From: Thermoprotei archaeon
Lineage (GTDB): Archaea; Thermoproteota; Thermoprotei; Thermoproteales; B15-G16
Reading direction: 5' to 3'
Assembly (NCBI GenBank): GCA_003649205.1
Contig: QMRC01000001.1
Location: forward strand, 64,001 to 128,000
Length of the DNA stretch: 64,000 nt
This document shows, piece after piece, positions 1 through 10,597 of the stretch. The notes under the pieces were generated by a model. It was given only the letters and a program-made list of their open reading frames with translations. It made no database searches and was not told the DNA's origin. A program made the translations under genes and the position numbers. Within the stretch, counting starts at the first letter, position 1. Each line of letters starts with the position of its first letter.

Positions 1-1
1 A

Positions 2-436
2 ACTCTTAGATTCCTTGGTGAAATACCTATTCCACTTGTCCAACAAGTTCAGAAGCTTCTATCCAAACTCAGTTTCCATAAGTTTAGAGCTAGGTTGAGA
101 GGTCTAGGTGCTTTTCCTACACCTTCATCACCTAGGGTCATCTGGGTTGGTGTTGCTGAGGGTAGTGAGGAGCTTAAGAGGATCTACGAGTGGATTGAGA
201 GTGAGCTTAGGAAGCTTGGTTTTAGACCAGAGCGTGAGGAGTTCATTCCACACGTTACTTTAGCTAGAGTACGTAGTCCTAGAGGAAGGAGTGAGTTGGT
301 TAGGTTGCTTCAGGAGCTTCGTGATATTGAGATTGGTGAGATCATTGTTGATAAGGTTAGGTTGAAGAAAAGTACATTAACGCCTAGAGGTCCAATCTAC
401 ACAACTCTGTTTGAGGTATGTGCTCAGGAGAGTTAG
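2..436 (+). CDS. thpR: RNA 2',3'-cyclic phosphodiesterase / 2'-5' RNA ligase (2H family), 5'-truncated by window edge
   Basis: Frame is open from base 2 (TLRFLGE..); GAFP..PRVIW and second 2H motif PHVTLAR; next to cca as in many archaea. Confidence 0.9.
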   Translation, partial: TLRFLGEIPIPLVQQVQKLLSKLSFHKFRARLRGLGAFPTPSSPRVIWVGVAEGSEELKRIYEWIESELRKLGFRPEREEFIPHVTLARVRSPRGRSELVRLLQELRDIEIGEIIVDKVRLKKSTLTPRGPIYTTLFEVCAQES

Positions 437-1836
437 AGAAAGTTCTCAATGAAGTAGCTAGGTTAGTTACTCCCTCTCCTGATGAATACAGAGAGGTTTG
501 GAGCACTGCCTCTCAGGTAGTTGATGTACTTAGTGAGGAGTTTAAGCGTCGTGGTATTGATGTGAGGGTCGAGGTTGAGGGTTCAATAGCTAAGGATACT
601 TGGCTTAGTGGTGATAGGGACATAGATATCTTCATTGTTTTCCCACGTAACTACAGTGTTGAGGAAGCTATTAGACTAGGGCTTGAGGTTAGTAAGGATG
701 TAGCTACATCACGTGGTTGGTCTTGGATTGAGAAGTACGCAGATCATCCATACCTCAGAATTAGTATTGGTGAGTACGAGGTAGATGTTGTTCCCTGTAT
801 GGAGATTAAGCCTAATGAAAAACCTCTAACAGCTGCTGACAGAACTCCACTCCATACACAGTACGTGAGGAGTAAGCTCAGTGATGACCTAAGGAGAGAT
901 GTTAGGATTCTTAAGAAGTTCATGAAGACGATTGGTGTGTATGGTGCTGAGATTAAGGTCAGAGGGTTTTCAGGTTATCTCTGTGAGTTGCTGGTGATAG
1001 CGTATGGTGGTTTTACGAAGTTAATTGAAGATGCATCAAAGAACTGGAGACCATACAGGGTTGTTATAGATTTAGAGCACTACTACCCTTCAGCTATTGA
1101 AGCTAGGAGAGCTTTCAAGAATGACGTACTCGTTGTCATAGATCCAGTAGACAGGAGTAGAAATGTAGCTGCTGCAGTTTCACTAGAGAAGTTCTGTACA
1201 TTTATAGCAGCATCAAAGTTACTTCTCGAGAAACCAAGTCTAAACTTCTTTTTCCCTCAAGAAGTCTCTGAAGTAACAGTAAACCGCATTGCGGATCTAT
1301 TAAGAGAACGTGATGTACATATTGTAGCTATAGAGACTAAAGCTCCAAAGGTATCTCCTGACGTACTATGGGGGCAAATAGAGAGGAGCTTAAGAGCGGT
1401 ATCTAAGCTCCTTAACAACTACGGATTTACCGTACTCTACTCAAGTGCCTGGTCTGATGAGGAGACTACTGTTGTGCTTGTATTTGAGGTCGAGCAAATA
1501 CAGAAGCCACGTCTAGAGAAGCATCTAGGACCCCCCGTTTACTCAGATGAATCCCGGAAGTTCTTAGAGAAGTGGATTAGTAGAGCTGTCGTTGGTCCAT
1601 ACATTGAGGGTAATAGGTGGGTCGTGTATAGGGAGAGAAAGTTCAGTGATGTCAGGACACTACTGAGGTCCAAGATCTTCGAGATTGGTCTCGGTAAGTA
1701 CATTGCTGAAGCACTTCGTGAGTGCATGAGCATATACATCGATGATGAAGTACTCGATCTATGTAGAAGGTCAAAGGATTTCACGAAGTTTCTAGTGAAA
1801 TTCCTTAGGAGAGCCCCACCATGGCTCCCAAAGTAG
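418..1836 (+). CDS. cca: Archaeal class I CCA-adding enzyme
   Basis: GSIAKDTWLSGDRDIDIF nucleotidyltransferase motif, YADHPY, DRTPLH, GFSGYLCELL. Confidence 0.95.
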   Translation: MCSGELEKVLNEVARLVTPSPDEYREVWSTASQVVDVLSEEFKRRGIDVRVEVEGSIAKDTWLSGDRDIDIFIVFPRNYSVEEAIRLGLEVSKDVATSRGWSWIEKYADHPYLRISIGEYEVDVVPCMEIKPNEKPLTAADRTPLHTQYVRSKLSDDLRRDVRILKKFMKTIGVYGAEIKVRGFSGYLCELLVIAYGGFTKLIEDASKNWRPYRVVIDLEHYYPSAIEARRAFKNDVLVVIDPVDRSRNVAAAVSLEKFCTFIAASKLLLEKPSLNFFFPQEVSEVTVNRIADLLRERDVHIVAIETKAPKVSPDVLWGQIERSLRAVSKLLNNYGFTVLYSSAWSDEETTVVLVFEVEQIQKPRLEKHLGPPVYSDESRKFLEKWISRAVVGPYIEGNRWVVYRERKFSDVRTLLRSKIFEIGLGKYIAEALRECMSIYIDDEVLDLCRRSKDFTKFLVKFLRRAPPWLPK

Positions 1837-2594
1837 TTAAAGTACGTGAGCTAACCGAGTTACCTCTCACTTCAGACGAAGTACTTGCTCTTTGCTACCC
1901 AAGACCAAGTGAATTTGAGCTACGTTCTAGAGTCACTGAACTACTTGAACTCGGTGTTGAAGAGCTAATATTCGATGGACCTGTTACTATCGGTAAGGTA
2001 CCTGTAGTCGGTAAGGGTTGTGTCGGTATTGTCGTAAAGTGTAGGATTGGTGGTGAAGTGTATGCACTCAAGATAAGGAGAGTTGATGCAAATAGAGATA
2101 GTATGGAGTACGAAGCAAACATGCTAAAACTAGCTAACTCAGTAAATGTTGGACCTCGGTTGGTTAAGTGGAGTAAGAACTTCCTAATTCGAGAATTCAT
2201 TGAGGGAGAACCCATTGGTCGGTGGATAGTGTATGTGAGGGATGAAGTAGCCCTTAGATCAGTACTCAGAGAACTACTTGAGCAATGCTATAGACTCGAT
2301 TCCATAGGTCTCTACCATGCTCAGTTATCTGATCCCAGTAATCACGTAATCATAGACTGCAACCAAAGACCACATATAATAGACTTCGAAACAGCAAGCA
2401 CTACTAGTCGAAAAAGCAACGTAACAGCAGTAACTCAATTCTTCTTCCTCAGACCCACAGAAATCAGCAAGAAAGTGAAAAGTATACTCCACAGCTCCTC
2501 TAACCAAGAAATATTAGCTGCAGCACGTGAGTACAAGAGAACTAGGTCTAGAAGTAGCTTCAGTAAGCTACTGAAAGTACTCAACCTAACCTAG
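1821..2594 (+). CDS. Archaeal RIO/Bud32-like Ser/Thr protein kinase
   Basis: GKGCVGIV glycine loop, ALKIRR, IIDFE; conserved neighbour of cca. Confidence 0.8.
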   Translation: MAPKVVKVRELTELPLTSDEVLALCYPRPSEFELRSRVTELLELGVEELIFDGPVTIGKVPVVGKGCVGIVVKCRIGGEVYALKIRRVDANRDSMEYEANMLKLANSVNVGPRLVKWSKNFLIREFIEGEPIGRWIVYVRDEVALRSVLRELLEQCYRLDSIGLYHAQLSDPSNHVIIDCNQRPHIIDFETASTTSRKSNVTAVTQFFFLRPTEISKKVKSILHSSSNQEILAAAREYKRTRSRSSFSKLLKVLNLT

Positions 2595-2599
2595 CTACT

Positions 2600-3016
2600 T
2601 TACTCCTTAGCCTGTGTCTCTTCACCCTGCTCACTAGCCTTCAAGGTCCTGACTATCGGCTTCACTGGAATAACATCTTCCTTCTTACCAATAACGACAA
2701 AGGACACGGTCTTCGCTAGTGGTCTACACTCAGCAATTATCACCTTGTCACCAGGCTTAACCTCAATGCATGGAGGGCAGTGTGCGTGTAATTTTCTCCT
2801 TCTCCTCTCATACCTCTTGTACTTCTTATCGTAGTGAAGCCACTCGTGAAGTACTGTAATAGTTTTCTGCATCTTAGTGCTCACTACCGTAACTTCCAGT
2901 ATCTTACCTCGAACAGGTAGTGTACCGTGCCATGGACAGTTCTTGTCATTACACGACTTACTCGGTGGTTTTATCCACGGTATACCGATGTTTCTCGGTG
3001 GTCTTTCACTACTCAT
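2600..3016 (-). CDS. rps17p: 30S ribosomal protein uS17
   Basis: CNDKNCPWHG, KYKRYERRR, ECRPLAKT. Confidence 0.95.
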   Translation of the reverse strand: MSSERPPRNIGIPWIKPPSKSCNDKNCPWHGTLPVRGKILEVTVVSTKMQKTITVLHEWLHYDKKYKRYERRRRKLHAHCPPCIEVKPGDKVIIAECRPLAKTVSFVVIGKKEDVIPVKPIVRTLKASEQGEETQAKE

Positions 3017-3029
3017 GAACTTAACCCAC

Positions 3030-3314
3030 CTACCAATACCTTACTCTCCTCTTCAATCTGTCCTCAGGTCTACCGATTAAAACCTTTCCCTCTACCTTAA
3101 CTAGTAAACCGCTCGGTAAGGTGAAGAGAAAGGTACAGTCCTTCTTTAATACCTTAACTCGTCTACCATCATTGAGCTCTATGGTGAACGTATTCATAGT
3201 TTCGTCAATGACCCTACCCTCAATGCCTACTTGGGACCTGACTCGACTCTCAAGCACCCTTACCTTTAAGCCAATGAGTTCATGTCGAAGTATATTCCTT
3301 GGGGTAATCTCCAT
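3030..3314 (-). CDS. rnp1: Ribonuclease P protein component 1 (Rpp29); start set at MEITPRN
   Basis: HELIGL..V, GRVIDETMNT, GRPEDRLK; lies between uL29 and uS17. Confidence 0.93.
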   Translation of the reverse strand: MEITPRNILRHELIGLKVRVLESRVRSQVGIEGRVIDETMNTFTIELNDGRRVKVLKKDCTFLFTLPSGLLVKVEGKVLIGRPEDRLKRRVRYW

Positions 3315-3315
3315 G

Positions 3316-3564
3316 CTACTTAGCCTTGCTCTCGCTCTGTAGCTTCTTAAGCTCTTCCTCCCTCTCAACTGTTAGTATCCTCGCAATTGCTCTCTTGAGT
3401 AATCTTATCCTAGCAGGATTCTCAATACGACCTCTTGTCGTCAGTAACGTCTGTAATCTCATTAACTCAGCTCTCAATTCCTGAAGTAATTTCTGCCTCT
3501 CCTCCCTACTCATAGCACGTAACTCCTTTGCCTTTATCTTAGCTGGATCTTTTCTCTTTGACAT
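3316..3564 (-). CDS. rpl29: 50S ribosomal protein uL29
   Basis: ELRAMS..ELRAEL..NPARIRLLKRAIARILT. Confidence 0.93.
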   Translation of the reverse strand: MSKRKDPAKIKAKELRAMSREERQKLLQELRAELMRLQTLLTTRGRIENPARIRLLKRAIARILTVEREEELKKLQSESKAK

Positions 3565-3573
3565 CTAAATCAC

Positions 3574-4242
3574 CTACTGCTTGCTCTTAGTAGCTGCTAC
3601 AGCTTCAATTTCCTCTGGCTTAACCTCCTCCGGCTTCTTAATTCTAATTTCATCCTCCAACTTCACAGGTGGTAGTATCTTAACCTCAATTCCGTAGACT
3701 CCAGGCTTGAGTAGACAGTAGACAACGGCTTTGTCTATCTTTTCGCGAGCATCTTGCCCACACTTAATCATAGTACCTACAGTATACTTCTCAAATCTAG
3801 CTCTCTCACTAGTTAACTTACCGCTAATTGTTATCTCTGCTCCTCTAGCTCCAGCAGCCATTATCTGTCTAAGTGCTATAAATGCTGCTCTTCTAAACTT
3901 AATCCCCCTAGCCATTGCTCTAGCTATTCTCTGAGCCATAATCTTAGCACATAGTTCTGGATTCTCAACAGTGACAACATCTATCTGTGGATTCTCTATA
4001 CCGAATTTCTTCTCAAGAATTTGAGCTAGTTGCCTAATGTTTGCACCTCTCCTACCGATGACTTGAGCTGGTCTCTCAGCATAAATCAGGATTCTGGTAC
4101 CTAGAGGTGTCCTCATGATGTCGCACTTGACAAAACCAGCTCTAACGAGTTGCCTCTCTAGGAACTCACTCACTTCCCACTTCTTAATTGCTTCATTCAA
4201 GAACTTCTTAAGTATCGTAGTTCTCTTCTCTTCAAGAGCCAT
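3574..4242 (-). CDS. rps3: 30S ribosomal protein uS3
   Basis: KH motif VIGRRGANI, GAEITISGKL, KPGVYGIEVKI. Confidence 0.95.
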   Translation of the reverse strand: MALEEKRTTILKKFLNEAIKKWEVSEFLERQLVRAGFVKCDIMRTPLGTRILIYAERPAQVIGRRGANIRQLAQILEKKFGIENPQIDVVTVENPELCAKIMAQRIARAMARGIKFRRAAFIALRQIMAAGARGAEITISGKLTSERARFEKYTVGTMIKCGQDAREKIDKAVVYCLLKPGVYGIEVKILPPVKLEDEIRIKKPEEVKPEEIEAVAATKSKQ

Positions 4243-4284
4243 GTCGTCAAGTTACTGGTGGTACAGATATAAAAACCTTATCAC

Positions 4285-5289
4285 TCACCTCCTTACAAGT
4301 GGGTGGTGACACGCTACGTAGTGCCCTTTCTCAACTTCGATTAACCTAGGTTCTTCCTCTCTACATATCTTATCAGCATATGGACATCTAGGGTGAAATC
4401 TACAGCCTGGTGGTGGGTTGATGGGATTTGGTGGTTCACCACTTAACTTAATTTTCTTTCGCAATCTACTAAGCTTCGGATCTGGTTGTGGTATTGCTGA
4501 GATAAGTGCTAAGGTATATGGGTGATAGGGGGTCTCTATTAAGGTCCTTGTTGGTGCTAACTCTACAATCTTCCCTAGATACATGACTGCTATTCTGTTG
4601 CAGATGTACCTAGCAGTTGCTATGTCATGCGTTATAAATAGGTATGTTAAGTTGAATTCTCTCTTCAGATCAATGAGTAGGTTGAGTATCCTAGATCTAA
4701 TGGATACATCTAGTGCTGATGTAGGTTCATCAGCGACAACAAACTTAGGCTTGAGAATCAGTGCCCTAGCTATGGCAACTCTCTGCCTCTGACCTCCACT
4801 CAACTCATGAGGGTACTTGTCGTAGAAGTACTCAGGTGGTGTAAGACCTACCTTCCTGAGCATCTCAAGAACTAGCTTCCTCTTCTCCTCACCATAGGCT
4901 ATACCGTGGATCTCAAGCGGATGACCAACCTGGTCACCGATCTTCATTCTGGGATTAAGTGACTCATAGGGATTTTGGAAGATTATCTGCATGTATCTTC
5001 TAAGTGGCTTCAATTTCTTCTCGCTGAGAAACGTTATGTCGATATCACTAAATAAGATTCTTCCACTTGTCGGCTTGAGTAATCTAGTTACTAACCTGCC
5101 AACAGTTGTCTTACCGCAACCTGACTCACCAACAAGGCCAAGTACCTCACCTTCCTCAATGCTGAAGCTAACTCCATCAACTGCCTTAACAGACTTCCTC
5201 TCACCCTTAATGCTCGTGATGAATCTCTCGATTAAGCTTCTCTCAACGGGGAAGTACTTCTTCAAATTCTCAACAACTAGTAGAGGCAT
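4285..5289 (-). CDS. Oligo/dipeptide ABC transporter ATP-binding subunit (DppF/OppF-like)
   Basis: GESGCGKT, LSGGQRQR, DEPTSALD, C-terminal GCRFHPRC; start MPLLVV follows GAGGTGA. Confidence 0.92.
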   Translation of the reverse strand: MPLLVVENLKKYFPVERSLIERFITSIKGERKSVKAVDGVSFSIEEGEVLGLVGESGCGKTTVGRLVTRLLKPTSGRILFSDIDITFLSEKKLKPLRRYMQIIFQNPYESLNPRMKIGDQVGHPLEIHGIAYGEEKRKLVLEMLRKVGLTPPEYFYDKYPHELSGGQRQRVAIARALILKPKFVVADEPTSALDVSIRSRILNLLIDLKREFNLTYLFITHDIATARYICNRIAVMYLGKIVELAPTRTLIETPYHPYTLALISAIPQPDPKLSRLRKKIKLSGEPPNPINPPPGCRFHPRCPYADKICREEEPRLIEVEKGHYVACHHPLVRR

Positions 5290-5294
5290 TGAGC

Positions 5295-6260
5295 TCACCT
5301 CTTTGCATATAGCCAACACATGACTCTATGACCTGGTTCAACTTCGATCATCGGTGGTTCCTCCTTTTTACAGGTGTCCATACATAGGCCACATCTTGGA
5401 TGGAATCTACATCCAGGTGGTGGATTCAGTAAATCTGGTGGTTCTCCGGGAATTGAGTACAGATTAGCATCGTTACTGATTAGCCTCGGTGTACACATGA
5501 GTAAACCTCGTGTATAGGGGTGCAATGGGTTGTAGAATATCTGCTCTACACTACCTTCCTCAACTACCTTACCAGCATACATCACGACCACTCTATCAGC
5601 TAGATCAGCGACAATGCTTAGGTCATGAATTATCAACATTATCGATACTCTGTACCTATCTCTCAAGTCCCTAAAGATATCGAGGATTTGATCTTGTGTA
5701 ATTACATCGAGTGCAGTTGTTGGCTCATCAGCTATAATGAGTTTTGGTCTCAAGACTATTGCTGTAGCTATCACGACACGTTGCTTCATACCACCACTTA
5801 GCTGATGTGGATAGTCACGTGCTCTATCTCTTGGAATACCGAGAGACTCGAAAACGTCCTCAACTAACTTCCATGCCTCCTCCTCATCCATACCCCTATG
5901 GTACTTCAACATCTCAACAATGTGCTCACCAACCCTCATGACGGGATTCAGTACGACAGATGGGTCTTGAAACACCATTGAGATCTCTGCACCACGAATT
6001 CTCCTCATAGCTTCCTCAGGTAGCTTCAGTAAATCAATACCCTCGAACAGAATTGAACCACGAACAATCTTACCGGGTGGTGGTACTAACCTGAGTATGC
6101 TGTACCCTAGTGTACTCTTACCACTACCACTCTCACCAACAACAGCTAGAACATCGCCTCTACGTAGATCGAGTGAAACATTGTCTACAGCACGGACAAT
6201 ACCTTCGGTGAGAAAGTAGTAGACACATAGATCCCTGATACTCAACAATACGTCACTCAC
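5295..6260 (-). CDS. Oligo/dipeptide ABC transporter ATP-binding subunit (DppD/OppD-like)
   Basis: GESGSGKS, LSGGMKQR, DEPTTALD, GCRFHPRC. Confidence 0.92.
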   Translation of the reverse strand: MSDVLLSIRDLCVYYFLTEGIVRAVDNVSLDLRRGDVLAVVGESGSGKSTLGYSILRLVPPPGKIVRGSILFEGIDLLKLPEEAMRRIRGAEISMVFQDPSVVLNPVMRVGEHIVEMLKYHRGMDEEEAWKLVEDVFESLGIPRDRARDYPHQLSGGMKQRVVIATAIVLRPKLIIADEPTTALDVITQDQILDIFRDLRDRYRVSIMLIIHDLSIVADLADRVVVMYAGKVVEEGSVEQIFYNPLHPYTRGLLMCTPRLISNDANLYSIPGEPPDLLNPPPGCRFHPRCGLCMDTCKKEEPPMIEVEPGHRVMCWLYAKR

Positions 6261-7135
6261 CTAATTCTCCCCCTTTGTCTGGGATTGAGTAGGTATGGGA
6301 GACCTTCACCAATGAGCGTGAAGCCTAGAGTAGCTACGAATATCATGATGCCAGGGAAGAAAGTAGTCCACCAAATACCCCTAACAATGTCACCTCTAGC
6401 TGCTGAAACATCAACACCCCAATCAGGTTCAGTTGGTGGAAGACCAACACCAAGGAAGCTCAAACCAGCTTCTGTAAGTATTGCATCTGCGAAGTTAAGT
6501 GCTAGTACAGGTATAGCTGCTGTGAGTACGTTTGGAGCTACGTAGTACCTCATTATGGTGATGAAGTCTGCACCCATGGCCTTAGCGGCCTCTACGAATA
6601 GTTGCTCACGAACTACTAGAGTACAAGCTCTAATAACTCTGAAGTACGTCGGTACGTATATCACAGCTATCGCAATAGCAACATTAACTATACCAGGACC
6701 GAGAACGAAAGCTAGAGCAATCGCCAGTATAATACCTGGAAATGCGTATACACTATCCATGATTAGAGAAAGCGCTCTATCGATGTAACCACCTACATAA
6801 CCCGATAGCAAGCCAAGTGGTATACCCACTGATGCAGCAATCATAACAGCTAGGAATGCAACCAGTAGACTATTCCTAGTACCCCAGATAACACGACTCA
6901 AGACATCGTATCCGAGAAAGTTTGTACCTAGGGGGTATCTTGGATCTGTGAAGGGTGGTATGTACTCCTCAGCAGCGGGTTTGTATGGGTCCCAAGGAAC
7001 TATGTAAGGTGCTAAAACAGCTATCACTACTAGTGTAGTAACTATGGAGAGACCTGTCATGAACATCTTATACTCGAGAGATTTCCTCAATCCCTTCCTA
7101 CCAAGTATTAGATCAGCGAGATTCACGATCTTCAC
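6257..7135 (-). CDS. Peptide ABC transporter permease (DppC-like)
   Basis: LGTNFLGYDVLSR, EAA loop FVEAAKAMGA, LSFLGVG. Confidence 0.92.
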   Translation of the reverse strand: MKIVNLADLILGRKGLRKSLEYKMFMTGLSIVTTLVVIAVLAPYIVPWDPYKPAAEEYIPPFTDPRYPLGTNFLGYDVLSRVIWGTRNSLLVAFLAVMIAASVGIPLGLLSGYVGGYIDRALSLIMDSVYAFPGIILAIALAFVLGPGIVNVAIAIAVIYVPTYFRVIRACTLVVREQLFVEAAKAMGADFITIMRYYVAPNVLTAAIPVLALNFADAILTEAGLSFLGVGLPPTEPDWGVDVSAARGDIVRGIWWTTFFPGIMIFVATLGFTLIGEGLPYLLNPRQRGRIR

Positions 7136-7136
7136 C

Positions 7137-8168
7137 TCAGTACCTTACTCTTGGATCAATAAACGCATAAAGTATGTCAGTGATCGTATTCACGATAACA
7201 ACAACAATTGCATACAGTACGATAGCTCCCTGAATAGCATTGTAATCCCTATAGGTAACAGACGTCACAAGGAATGTACCTAGCCCCGGGTAGCTGAATG
7301 TAGATTCCGTCAATACAGCACCTGCAAGCAATAGTGCAAACTGCATACCAGCAATAGTGAGTATTGGTATCAGCGCGTTTCTGAGAGCATACTTCGTAAG
7401 TATTCTATCCTCAGGTATACCTCTTGCTCTTGCAGCGATAATGAACTCCTTATCCAGCACTTCAAGTAAACTCTGTCTAGTCATCCTATTGATCACACCT
7501 GAGATTATGAATCCAAGTGCTGTAGCTGGCATTACCAGGTGCTTGAGTACATCAACAAATATGTCAAGCCTACCCTGAATGAGAGTATCAATCAGGTATA
7601 GACCGGTGATTGGTCTAAACTGACCTATGTACTCAGACGATATCCTACCACTTATGGGGAATAACCCCAGGTAGACACCGAGGATTAACTGCATCATTAG
7701 ACCTAGTAGGAATACAGGTACAGCATATGATGCAACACCAATCAACCTAGTAACTACGTCAATAACGGTATTTCGCTTCAATGCACCTAAGGCACCCAGT
7801 GTAACACCTAAGGCAATAGCTATAACCATAGCCAGTAAACTAAGCTCTAGAGTAGCTAGAAACCTTGGCCATAGGAGATCTCTAACAGGGATTTTCCAGT
7901 AGTAGGAGAGACCGAAGTCACCATGCAGTATCTTACCCAGATAGTCTATGTACTGGATGTGAAGAGGTTTATCTAGACCAAGTGCTTTCCTAAGCTCTTC
8001 AACTACTTCGGGTGGTGCCTTAGGACCGAGTATGACAGACACGGGATCACCAGGGAGTACACGAAGAATTATGAAGACAAGTGTGAGTAGGGTGATCACC
8101 ATGACGGGCATGAGTAGTAGTCTAGCTATTACGTACGTACGTAGAGTGGCCATGTACTCACCACTCAA
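7137..8168 (-). CDS. Peptide ABC transporter permease (DppB-like)
   Basis: LPGDP, LGLDKPL..QY, AARARG, ESTFSYPGLG. Confidence 0.92.
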   Translation of the reverse strand: MSGEYMATLRTYVIARLLLMPVMVITLLTLVFIILRVLPGDPVSVILGPKAPPEVVEELRKALGLDKPLHIQYIDYLGKILHGDFGLSYYWKIPVRDLLWPRFLATLELSLLAMVIAIALGVTLGALGALKRNTVIDVVTRLIGVASYAVPVFLLGLMMQLILGVYLGLFPISGRISSEYIGQFRPITGLYLIDTLIQGRLDIFVDVLKHLVMPATALGFIISGVINRMTRQSLLEVLDKEFIIAARARGIPEDRILTKYALRNALIPILTIAGMQFALLLAGAVLTESTFSYPGLGTFLVTSVTYRDYNAIQGAIVLYAIVVVIVNTITDILYAFIDPRVRY

Positions 8169-8265
8169 TGTAGTTAGAATCTTGTATTTGTCTTGAATGT
8201 ATAGGGGTAAAAAGTATTTCTGATTTTAGTTAAAAAGAACATTTGAAGTAGTTACATCTTACTTA

Positions 8266-9876
8266 TTACTTACTAATTTCATAGAGCCAGAGAATGCCCT
8301 CTAATGTCAGCCTAATGCCCTTAATGTCTTTCCAGAATACAATAGCGTACTCGTACGTTGGTATCCAGAGCGGTATTATCGGTACGTCTTCAGCTAGTAT
8401 TACCTGTACCTTGTGGTATAGCTCTGCTCTCTTCTCAACATCTACAACCTTCTGCGCTTCCTCTAGTAGCTTATCGACTTCTGGATTCGCGTAGAAGCAC
8501 CCAAATACTGGTCCACTAGATGATGAGTGTAGAAATGGGTATAGGTAGTTGTCTGGATCGAAGTAGTCTGGGTACCAACCTAGTAGGTGTATGTCGAAGA
8601 CTCCTTCTCTGAAGTGCTTCTTGAATGTACCCCACTCCTCACCCTTAGTCTCTACCTCGATTAGGCCTGTTGTCTCTAGTGCTGACTTAATGACCTCTGC
8701 TACATATGGCTCGAGTGGTCCGTAGTGTAGTAGTGAGTAACCAAGGATTAGCTTTAGCTTCTTTGACTCTGAGTAACCTGCTGCTCTCAGTAACTCGATA
8801 GCTTTTGCTTTAGCTTCATCTGGTGGTAGTACGTACTTCTTGAACACTGGTTTGAAGTACTTCTCAAGACATGGTGTTACCAAGCTGTAGAGTGGTTCAG
8901 CATAGCCCTTGAATACCTTCTCCACGATCTCGGGTACAGCTATGCTATGTAGTATGTATGCTAGCGCCTTTCTGACTCTGACATCGGGTAACTTCTTACA
9001 GTTGATGATTAGGTACCTTATGAATGGTGGTCTACCTTTAATCACTACGAGATTTGTTTTCTTCTCTAGATCAGCGTAGTCCTCAATATTAAGGTGTCTA
9101 AATGCTATGTCTACCTCCCTCTTCTCTAGTGCCATTCTCAGTGCTGATGCATCTCTGAAGAACTTGATGATTATCCTATCGACCTTAGCTGCAGCCTCCT
9201 TATTCCAGTAATCCTCGAATTTCTCGAGGATTAAGTACTCATCAGGTTTGAACTCAACGACCTTGAATGGTCCTGTACCAACTGGTTTTAGATCGAACTT
9301 CTCACCTAGTCTCTCAGCTGCTTCCTTTGGTACTGGGGCACATACTGTGAATGAGAGAACTGGTAGCACTAAACTAGGTACCTTGACATAGAACCTAACT
9401 GTGTACTTGTCAACTACCTCAACTCTCTCAAATACGCTCTCTATCATCCAAGCTGGCTCAGCTACACCTTCTTTAAACATCTTGAGAGCACTCTCGAAGG
9501 TGTACTTCACGTCCTCAGCTGTTAGCTCTGTACCGTCATGGAACTTAACACCTTTCCTCAGGTAGAATGTCCAGACCTTACCATCTGGTGAAACGTCCCA
9601 CCTCTCAGCTAACCAAGGTATGTACTCCTTCCTAACATCATCGTACCTCACTAAGGTATCAAATACGTTGTACAGCACTTCACAGGACATGAACTCATAC
9701 GCCTTTCTTGGATCTAGGTGAACCACTGGATCCAATGTACCAATAACCACTACGGTCATCCTCTTAGGTGCCATTACACCCATCAGAGCAATTGCTATAC
9801 CTGCTACAACAGCTATCACTATGACAATGCTCACTATGACTAATTTAGATAATCCCCTTACATTCATGTAAATCAC
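8266..9876 (-). CDS. Peptide ABC transporter substrate-binding protein (family 5) with class III signal peptide
   Basis: LAERWDVSPDGKVWTFYLRKGVKFHDG, PVGTGPF; N-terminus RG|LS plus hydrophobic helix. Confidence 0.92.
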   Translation of the reverse strand: MIYMNVRGLSKLVIVSIVIVIAVVAGIAIALMGVMAPKRMTVVVIGTLDPVVHLDPRKAYEFMSCEVLYNVFDTLVRYDDVRKEYIPWLAERWDVSPDGKVWTFYLRKGVKFHDGTELTAEDVKYTFESALKMFKEGVAEPAWMIESVFERVEVVDKYTVRFYVKVPSLVLPVLSFTVCAPVPKEAAERLGEKFDLKPVGTGPFKVVEFKPDEYLILEKFEDYWNKEAAAKVDRIIIKFFRDASALRMALEKREVDIAFRHLNIEDYADLEKKTNLVVIKGRPPFIRYLIINCKKLPDVRVRKALAYILHSIAVPEIVEKVFKGYAEPLYSLVTPCLEKYFKPVFKKYVLPPDEAKAKAIELLRAAGYSESKKLKLILGYSLLHYGPLEPYVAEVIKSALETTGLIEVETKGEEWGTFKKHFREGVFDIHLLGWYPDYFDPDNYLYPFLHSSSSGPVFGCFYANPEVDKLLEEAQKVVDVEKRAELYHKVQVILAEDVPIIPLWIPTYEYAIVFWKDIKGIRLTLEGILWLYEISK

Positions 9877-9920
9877 CAGCTATATAGGTAAAGGACTTGG
9901 AATTAGTAATTTATTAATTA

Positions 9921-9948
9921 ACCTATGTAACCACTATTACCTATGTAA
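9921..9948 (-). promoter_or_regulatory. Two exact 10-bp direct repeats (TTACATAGGT on minus strand) just upstream of the AT-rich TATA region of the peptide ABC operon
   Basis: acctatgtaa at 9921-9930 and 9939-9948. Confidence 0.5.
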
Positions 9949-10136
9949 GGCAGAAACTGAGGGATATTCTATAGAGCAAGGAATAACTTCACATAGTACA
10001 AATTTTGAAGTTTACTAATATTCAATTAATATCTTACGTATATAAACCATATGTTTGCTACAGGGACTAGTTGGTTACTCATCTTCGGCTAGAGTTTAAA
10101 TAGTAGAGACCTCATGTACTTCATGGGTACACGACT

Positions 10137-10586
10137 ATGTCAATTGACCTAAGGCAATATATACCTCCTGAGTATGAGCATGAGTGGAAGAACTTCAGGT
10201 ACAGAGGGTACACTCTAGAGGAACTCCTAAAGATGCCAATGGATGAATTCATAAAATTACTACCAGCAAGACAGAGGAGATCGTTGAAGAGAGGTCTTAA
10301 GGAAGAGCACAGGAAGCTCCTAGAGAAGATAAGGAAGGCTAGACAGCTAATGGCCCAGGGTAAGAAGGTAGTGATCAAGACTCACTGTAGGGACATGATA
10401 ATTCTACCAGAAATGGTTGGATTGACAATACACGTGTTCAATGGTAAGGAGTACGTACCTGTATTCATCACTCCATGGCACATAGGTCACTACCTAGGTG
10501 AATTTGCGCCAACATGTAAGAAGGTTGAGCATGGTAGTCCAGGTCTCAAAGCAACGAGAAGTACACTACATCTATCACTGAGATAG
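10137..10586 (+). CDS. rps19p: 30S ribosomal protein uS19
   Basis: [23 protein letters not shown]. Confidence 0.96.
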   Translation: MSIDLRQYIPPEYEHEWKNFRYRGYTLEELLKMPMDEFIKLLPARQRRSLKRGLKEEHRKLLEKIRKARQLMAQGKKVVIKTHCRDMIILPEMVGLTIHVFNGKEYVPVFITPWHIGHYLGEFAPTCKKVEHGSPGLKATRSTLHLSLR

Positions 10587-10597
10587 TACTCACATCA

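Noticed and set aside
2310-2345. Kinase catalytic loop HAQL lacking Asp
   Set aside because: A non-Asp residue here appears typical of this archaeal kinase family; not evidence of inactivation.
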